Assembly (NCBI RefSeq): GCF_009914755.1
Contig: NC_060944.1
Direction: 5' to 3' (one strand)
Origin: the human T2T-CHM13v2.0 reference genome, Homo sapiens
Length of the DNA: 64,000 nt
In this document: positions 54,661 to 64,000 of the stretch, one piece after another
How positions within the stretch are numbered: the first letter of the stretch is position 1
How the letters are laid out: every line of letters starts with the position of its first letter
Notes under the pieces: generated by a model
Told to the model about the DNA's origin: nothing
Seen by the model: only the letters and a program-made list of their open reading frames with translations
The model's database searches: none
Translations under genes and position numbers: made by a program

Positions 54661-57600
54661 AAAAGGACATATCTTCACATAAGAACTATAAAGCAGGTTT
54701 TGTAAAAACAACCTTGTGGTGTGTGCATTCATCTCACAGAGGTAAGTGTTTCTTTTCTCCAATCAGTCTGGAAACTCTGTTCTTGTACAATCTCAAAGGG
54801 GGTATTTTTGAGCACTTTGAGGCCTTTCTTGACAAAGGAAATATCTTCACATTCAAAGTATAAAGAACGTTTCTGAGATACTTCTTTGTGATATGTGCAT
54901 TCATCTCACAGATTTGAACGTCTCTTTTAATTCAGCCGTTTGGAAACAGTCTTTTTGAAGAATCTGCAAACGGATATTTGTGAGCACTCTGAGGCCTATG
55001 CAGGAAAAGAGGTATCTTCACAGAAAACTATAAAGAAGTTTTCTGAGAAACTGTTTTGTGATGTCTGCATTCATCTCGCAGAGGTAAACGATTCTTTTCT
55101 TTGATCAGTTGGGAAACTCTGTTCTTGTATAATCTGCTAAGAGACATTTTTGAGTGCCTGGAGCCCTATGGTGAAAAACAAATTGTCTTCACATAAAAAC
55201 TAGACAGAAGCCTACTGAGAAACTTCTTGGTGATGTGTGCATTCATCTCACAGAATTGAAACTTTCTTTTGATTGAGCAGTTTGGGAACATCTTTTTGTG
55301 GAATTTGTAAAGGGATATTTCTGAGTACTTTGAGGTCTATGGTGAAAGAGAAAGTATCTTCACATAAAAACTACACTAAAGATTTCTGAGAAACTGCTTT
55401 GTGATGTATGCATTCACCTCTCAGAGTTCAACAATTCTTTTGATTGAGCAGTTGGGAAACCGTCTTTTTGTAGAATCTGCAAAGGTATATTTGTGAGCGC
55501 TTTGAGTCCTATGGTTAAAAGGAAATATCTTCACATAAAAACTATAAAGAAGGTTTGTGAGAAACTTCTTTATGATGTGTGCATTCATCTCACAGAGTTG
55601 AACCATTCCTTTGATTCAGCGGTTTAGAAACAGTCTTTTTTTAGGATCTGCAAAGGGATATTTTTGAGCACTTTGAGGCCCATGGTGAAAAAGGAAACAC
55701 TTTCACATAAAAACGAGATAGAAGCTTTCTGAGAATCATCTTTTTGATATGTGCATTCATCCCATAGAGGTGAACCTTTCTTTTGATGAGCATTTTGGAA
55801 ACAGTATTTTGTAGAATTTCCAAAGGGTTATTAGTTAGCGTTTTGTGTCCTATGTTGGAAAAGGAATTATTTTTACATAAAACCTAGACAGAATATTTCT
55901 GAGAAACTGCTCTGTGATGTGTGCTTTCATCTCACAGAGGTAACCATTTCTTTTCATTGAACAGATTGGAAATTATGTTCTTGTAAAATCTGCAAAGGAA
56001 TATTTGTCAGCACTTTGAGGCCTATGGTGAAAAAGGAATTATCTTCACATAAAAACTAGACAGAAGCTTTCTGTGAAACATCTTGGAGATGCGAGAATTC
56101 ATCTCACAGAGTTGAAACATTCTTTTGATTGGGCAGTTTGTAAACAATATATTGGTAGAATCTGAAAAGGGATATTTGTGATGCTTTGGAAGCCTATGGT
56201 GAAAAACAAAATATTTTCACATGAAAACTAGAGAGAAGCCTTCTGAGAAAACTCCTTGTGATGTGTGCATTCATCTCACAGATTTAACCTTCATTGGATT
56301 GCACAATTTGGAAGCAGTATTTTTGTAGAATCTGTAAAGGCATATTTTTGAGAGCTATGAGGCCCATGATGAAATAGGAAATATCTTCACATAAAAACTA
56401 GACAGAAGCTTTCCAAGAAACTTCTTTGTGATGTGTGCATTCATCTCGTGGAGTTCAACCATTCTTTTGATTGAACAGTTTGGAAACACCCTTTTTGTAG
56501 AATCTGCAAAGGTATATTTATGAGTGCTTTGAGGCCTATGGGGAAAAGGAAATGTATTCACATAAAAAGTATAAACAAGGTTTCTCAGAAACAGTTTTGT
56601 GATGTAGGCATTCATCTCACAGAAGTAAACGTTTCTTTTCTCTGATCTGTCTGGAAACTGTTCTTGTAGAGTCTGCAAAGGGATATTTGTGAGTGCTTTG
56701 AAGCCTATATGAAAAAGGAAATATCTTCACATAAAAATTAGAGAGAGGCTTTCTGAGAAACCTCTTTGTGATGTGGGCATTCATCTCACAAAGATGAAAC
56801 TTACTCTTGATTGAGCAGTATGGAAACAGTCTGTTTGTGGAATCTGCAAAGGGATATTTATGAGAGCTTTGGGGCCAATGGTGAAAAAGGAAATATATTC
56901 ATATAAAAGGTATAAAGGTTTCTTAGAAACAGCTTTGTGGTGTGTGTATTGATCTCAGAGAGGTAAACGTTTATTTTCTATGATCAGTCTGGAAACTCTG
57001 TTCTTGTAGAATCTGCAAAGGGATATTTGTGAGTGCTTTAAGGCCTATGGTGAAAAAGGAAATATCTTCACTTAAAAACTAGACAGAAGCTTTCTTAGTG
57101 GCTTCTTTGTGATGTGTGCAATCATCTCACAGAGTTGAACCATTCTTTTGATTGAGCAGTCTGGAAACAGTCTTTTTGTAGAAGCTGCAAGGGATATTTG
57201 TCACGACTTGGAGTGCTATGGTGAAAAAGGAAATATCTTCACATAAAAAATGGACAGAAGATTTCTGAGAAACCTTCTTGTGATGTGTGCATCCATCTCA
57301 CAGAGTTCAAACATTTATTTGATTGAGCAGTTGGGAAGCAGTCTTTTTGCAGAATCTACAAAGAGATATTGCTGAGCACTTTGAGGCCTGTGGTGAAAAA
57401 GGAAATATCTTCACATAAAAACCATAAACAAGGTTTCTGAGAAACTTCTTTGTGATGTATGCATTCATCTCACGGAGTTGAACTATTCTTTTGATTGACC
57501 ACTTCGGAAACAATCTTTTTGTAGAATCTGCAAAGGGATATTCTTGAGCTCTTTGAGTCCTGGAGAGAAAAAAGAAATATCATCACATAAAAAGTATAAA

Positions 57601-60223
57601 GAAGGTTTCTGAGAAACAGTTTTGTGACGTGTGCATTCATCTCACAGAGAAAAACGTTTGTTTTATTTGATCAGTGTGGAAATTCTGTTCTTGTAGAATC
57701 TGCTAAGGGATATTTTTGAGCAGATGGAGGCCTATGGTGAAAAAGGAAATGTCTTCGTATAAAAATTAGACAGAAGCCTCCTGCGAAGCTTTTTAATGAT
57801 GTGTGCATTCATCTCACAGAGTTGAAACTTTCTTTTCATTGAGCCATTTGGAAACAGTCTTTTTGTGGACTCTGCAAATGGATATTTGGAGCACTTTGAG
57901 GCCTATGGTGAAAAATGAAATATATTCACATAAAAACCAGACTGAAAGTTTCTGAGAAACTTCTTTGAGATGTGTGCATTCATCTCACAAAGTTCAATAA
58001 TTCTTTTTATTGAGCGGTTTGGAAACAGTCTTTTTGTAGAATCTGCATAGGGATATTTGTGAGGGCTTTGAGGTCTATGGTGAAAAAGGAAATATCTTCA
58101 CAGAAAAACTATAAAGGAGGCTTCTGAGGAACTTCTTTGTGATGTGTGCATTCATCTCACATACTTCAAACTTTCTTTTGATTGAGCAGTTTGGAAACAG
58201 TCTTTTTAAATATTCTTCTAGTGGATGCTTGTGAGCACCTTGAGGCTCATGGGGAAAAAGAAAACATTCACATAAAAACTTAATAGAAGCTTTCTGAGAA
58301 ACTACTTTTTGACATGTGCATTCATCTCACACAGTTGAACGTTTCTTTTGATGAGCAGTGTGGAAACTATCTTTTTGTAGAATCTGCAAAGGGACATTTT
58401 TGAGCACTTTGCATCCTGTGGTGGAAAAGGAGATACCTTCACATAAAAACTAGACAGAATGTTTCTCAGAAACTGCTTTGTGATATGTGCATTCACCTCC
58501 CAGATATGCCTGTTTCTTTTCATTGAGAAGATTGGAAACTCTTTTCTTGTAAGATCTGCAAAGGGATATTTGTGAGCCCTTTGAGGTGTATGGTGAAAAA
58601 GGACATATCTTCACATAAAAACTACACAGAAGCTTTCTGAGAAACATCGTGGTGATGTGAGCATTCACTTCACAGTGTTGAAACATTCTTTTGATTGAGC
58701 AATGTGTAAAGAGTCTTTTTGTAGAATCTGCAAAGGGATATTTGTGAATGCTTAGAGGCCTATGGTGAAAAAGGAAATATCTTCACATAAAAACTAGAGA
58801 GAAGCTTTCTGAGAAACCTCTTTGTGGTGTGCATACATCTCACAGAGTTGAACCTTTCTTTTGATTGAGCAATTTGGAAGAAGTATTTTTGTAGAAGCTG
58901 TAAAGAGATATTTGTGAGCACTTTGAGGCTTATGGTGAAAAACTAGACAGAAGCATCCTGAGAAACTGCTTTGTGACATGTGCATTCATCACACAGAGTT
59001 GAACCTTTGTTTTGATTGAGCCGTTTGGAAACAGTCTTTTTGTAGACTCTGCAAATGGATATTTGGAGCACTTTGAGGCCTATCGTGAAAAAGGAAATAT
59101 ATTCACATAAAAACTAGACTGAAGGATTCTGAAAACTTCTTTGAGCTGTGTGCATTCATCTGACAGTGTTCAATAATTCTTTTTATTGAGCCATTTGGAA
59201 ACAGTCTTTTTGTAGAATCTGCAAAGGGATATTTGGGAGGTCTTTGAGGCCTATGTTGAAAAAGGAAATATCTTCACAGAAAAACCATAAAGAAGGTTTC
59301 TGAGAAATTTCTTTGGATGTGTGCATTCACCACACAGAGGTGAAACATTCTTTGGATTGAGCAGTTTGCAAACAGTCTTTTTGTAGAATCTGCAGAGGGA
59401 TATTTGTAGCACTTTGAGGCCTATGTGAATAAGGAAATATCTTCACATAAAAACTAGACAAAAGTTTTCTGAGAAAAATTTTGTGATGTGTGCATTTATC
59501 TCATAGAGTTTAACATTTGTTTTGATTGAGCAGTTTGGAAACAGTCTTTTTGTACAATCTGCAAAGGGATATTTAGGAGCAAGTTGAGGCCTATGGTGAA
59601 AAAGGAAATATCTTCACATAAAAACTAGAAAGAAGCATTCTGAGAAACTGCTTTAAGATATGTGTGTTCATCTCACAGAGGTAAACATTTCTTTTCATTG
59701 AGCAGTTTGTAAACTCTGTTATTCTAGAGTCTGCAAAGGGATATTTTTGAGTGCTTTGAGACCCATGTTGAAAAAGGAAATATCTTCACATAAAAACTAG
59801 TGAGAAGTTTGCTGAGAAACTACTTTCTGATGTGTGCATTCATCTAACAGAGTTGAAAGTTTCTTTTGATTGAGCAGTTTGGAAACAGTCTTTTTGTAGA
59901 TTCTGCGAAGGTATATTTGGGACTGCGTTGAAGCCTATGTTCAAAAAGGAAATATCTTCACATAAAAATGAGAAGGGAGTTTTCTGATAAACTTCTTTGT
60001 GATGTGCACATTCGTCTCACAGGGTTGAACCATTCTGTTTATTGAGCAGTTTGGAAACAGTCTTTTTGTAGAGTCTGCAAAGGGATATCTGCGAGCACGT
60101 TGAGGCATATGGTGAAAAAGGAAATATCTTCACATTAAAAGTAGAAAGAAGTTTTGTGAGTAACTCCTTTGTGACGTGTGCATTTATCACAGAGAAGTAA
60201 AAATTTCTTCCCATTGAGCAGTT
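54661..60223 (+). repeat. Alpha satellite, GCAAAGGG-type ancient-looking layer
   Basis: GCAAAGGGATATTTGTGAG, GGTGAAAAAGG and AAGCTTTC; recurring subtype AGAGGTAAACG..GATCAGTCTGGAAACTCTGTTCTTG. Confidence 0.92.
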
Positions 60224-62278
60224 AGTTTTTATGTGAAGATATTTCCGTTTTCGCCATAGACCTCAAACTGCCTACATAGATCCCTTTGCAGATTCTACAA
60301 AAAGATTGTTTCCAAACTGCTCAATCAAAGAAAACTTCCACTCTGCGAGATGAATGCACACATCACAGAGAAGTTTCTCAGAAAGTTTCTGTCTAGTTTT
60401 TATTTGCTGATACTCTCTTTTTCACCATAGACCTCAAACCTCCCATAAATAACCCTTTGCAGATTCTACAAAAAGACTGTTTCCAAACTACTCAATCGCA
60501 AGAAAGCTTCAACTCTGTGAGGTGAATGCACACATCACAAAGAAGTTTCTCAGAAAGCTTCTACCTAGTAAAAACTAGATGTTGAAGATGTTGAAGATGT
60601 TTCCTTTTTCAATATGGGCCTCAAAGTGCTCACAAATGTCCCTTTACAGATTTTACAAAAAGACTGTTATCAAACTGCTCAACTGAAACAAAGCTTCAAC
60701 TCTTTGAGATGAATGCACACATCACAAAGAAGTTTCTCAGAAAGCTTCCGTCTAGTTTTTATGTGAAGATATTTCCTTTTTCACCGTAAGCCTCAAAGCA
60801 TTCAAATTATCATTTTGCAGATTCTACAAAAAGACTGTTTCCAACCTGCTCTATCTAAAGAAAGGTTCAACTATGTGAGAAGAATGCACACATCAAAAAT
60901 AAGTTTGTCAGAATGCTTCTGTCTAGTTTTTATCTGAAGACATTTCTTTTTTCACCATAGGCCAAAAAGGGATCTCAAATATCCCTTTGTACATTCTACA
61001 AAGGACTGTTTCCAAACTGCTCAATCCAAAGACAGGTTCAACTCTTTGGGATGAATGCACACATCACAACGAAGTTTCTCAGAAAGCTTCTGTCTAGTTT
61101 TTGTGTGAAGATATTACTTTTTTCACCATAGGCTTCAAAGGGCTCACAAATATCGCAAAGCAGATTCTACAAAAAGACTCTATCCAAACTGGTTAAGGAA
61201 AAGAACACTTCAAATCTGTGAGATGAATGTGCACATCTCAAAGAATTTTCTCAGAAAGCTTCTGTCTAGTTTTTATGTGAAGATATTTCCATTTTCACCA
61301 TAGACCTGAAACCGCCTATATATAACCGTTTGCAGATTCTACAAAAAGACTGTTTCCAAACTGCTCAATCAAATAAAGCTTCTACTCTGTGAGATGAATG
61401 CAGACATCACAGAGAAGTTTCTCAGAAAGTTTCTGTCTAGTTTTTATTTGTCGATACTCCCTTTTTCACCATAGGCCTCAAACTGCTCATAAATAACCCT
61501 TTGCAGATTCTACAGAAGGACTGTTTCCAAACTGCTCAATCAAATGAAAGTTCAGCTGTGTGAGATGAATGCACACATCAAAAATAAGTTTCTCAGAACG
61601 TTTCTGTCAAGTTTTTAGGTGAAGATACTTCTTTTTCACCATAAGCCTCAAAGCGTTCCCAAATTTTCCTTTGCAGATTCTATGAAAAGACTGTTTCAAA
61701 ACTGCTCAATCAAAAGAAAAGTTCAATTCTGTGTGATGAATGCACACATCGCAACGAAGTTTCTCAGAAGGCTTCTGTCTAGATTTTATTTCTGGATATT
61801 TCCTTTTTCACAATAGGCTGCAGAAAGCTCACAAATATCACTTTGCATATTCTACAAAAAGACAGTTTCCAATCTGCTCAATGAAAGAATATTCAACTCT
61901 GTGAGTTGAATGCATGCATCACAAAGGGTTTCTCAGAATGCTTCTGTCTAGTTTTTATATGAAGATATTTCCTTTTTCATCACATGCCTCAAACCACTCC
62001 GAAACATCCCTTTGCAGATTGTCCAAAAAGACTGTTTCCAAACTGCTCAATCAAAAGAAAGATTCAAGTCTTTGAGATGCATACACCCATCACAAAGAAG
62101 TTTCCCAGAAAACATGAGTCTAATTTTAATGTGAAGATATTTCCTTTTTCACCATAAGCCTCAAAGTGTTCACAAATATCACTTTGCAGTTTCTACAAAA
62201 AGACTGTTTCCAAACTACCCAATCAAAAGAAAGGTTCAACTCTGTGAGATGAATGCACACATCACAAAGAAGTTTCAC

Positions 62279-62281
<3 letters not shown>
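60224..62281 (-). repeat. Alpha satellite in inverted orientation (GCAAAGGG type)
   Basis: AGTTTTTATGTGAAGATATTTCC..ATCCCTTTGCAGATTCTACAAAAAGACTGTTTCC is the reverse complement of the upstream monomers. Confidence 0.97.
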
Positions 62282-63353
<1,072 letters not shown>

Positions 63354-63830
63354 GTGTTGCTATAAAGACACATTCACACGTATGTTTATTGCGGCACTAT
63401 TCACAATAGCAAATACTTGGAACCAACCCAAATGTCCAACAATGATAGACTGGATTAAGAAAATGTGGCACATATACACTATGGAATACTATGGAGCCAT
63501 AAAAAATGATGAGTTCATGTCCTTTGTAGGGACATGGATGAAATTGGAAATCATCATTCTCAGTAAACTATCGCAAGGACAAAAACCAAACACCACATGT
63601 TCTCACACATAGGTGAGATTTGAACAATGAGAACACATGAACACAGGAAGGGAAACATCACACTCTGGGGACTGATGTGGGGTGGGGGGAAGGGGGAGGG
63701 ATAGCATTAGGAGATCTACCTAATGCTAAATGATGAGTTAATGGGTGCAGGACACCAGCGTGGCACATGTATACATATGTAACTAACCTGCACATTGTGC
63801 ACATGTACCCTAAAACTTAAAGTATAATAG

Positions 63831-63859
63831 TAATAAAATAAAATAAAATAAAATAAAAA
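63831..63859 (+). repeat. (TAAAA)n microsatellite derived from the L1 poly(A) tail
   Basis: TAATAAAATAAAATAAAATAAAATAAAAA. Confidence 0.85.
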
Positions 63860-64000
63860 GAAAGTGCACATCACAAAGAAGTTTCTCAGAAAGTTTCTTT
63901 CTAGTTTTTATGTGAAGATATTTCCTTTTTCACCATAGTCCACAAAGTGCACCAAATATCTTTCGCAGATTGTACAAAAATTTTTCCAAACTACTCAATC
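63860..64000 (-). repeat. Alpha satellite, inverted orientation, runs off the window
   Basis: GCACATCACAAAGAAGTTTCTCAG...TAGTTTTTATGTGAAGATATTTCC. Confidence 0.95.

Overview
This window is primate pericentromeric DNA, a great ape and most likely human. About 52.7 kb is divergent alpha satellite (~171-172 bp monomers). All monomers read by eye are A-type (pJ-alpha box), and no CENP-B box was seen. The satellite forms at least three sequence-distinct layers: a dimeric EcoRI/XbaI layer (1-6.9 kb), a long GCAAGTGG layer, and an ancestral-looking GCAAAGGG/AAGCTT layer with 172-bp monomers. Satellite orientation switches strand at ~60223. Three LINE-1 insertions interrupt it: a full-length dead L1PA3/L1PA4-type element (20075-26240), a 5'-truncated young L1HS-like ACG/A element with an 830-codon open ORF2 stretch (34780-38255), and a 5'-inverted twin-primed L1PA3-type element with a large internal gap (62279-63859). 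There are no host genes, RNA genes or CRISPR arrays, and the many short ORFs are translated satellite or L1 antisense frames. I found no convincing new protein-coding system. The notable signals are structural: identical conversion-like patches up to 12.8 kb apart, relic higher-order duplications, a foldback micro-inversion at the same monomer site as the strand switch, a possible micro 3' transduction, and variants shared by neighbouring L1s of different age. All comparisons were made by eye, and consensus and subfamily comparisons rely on recalled sequences.
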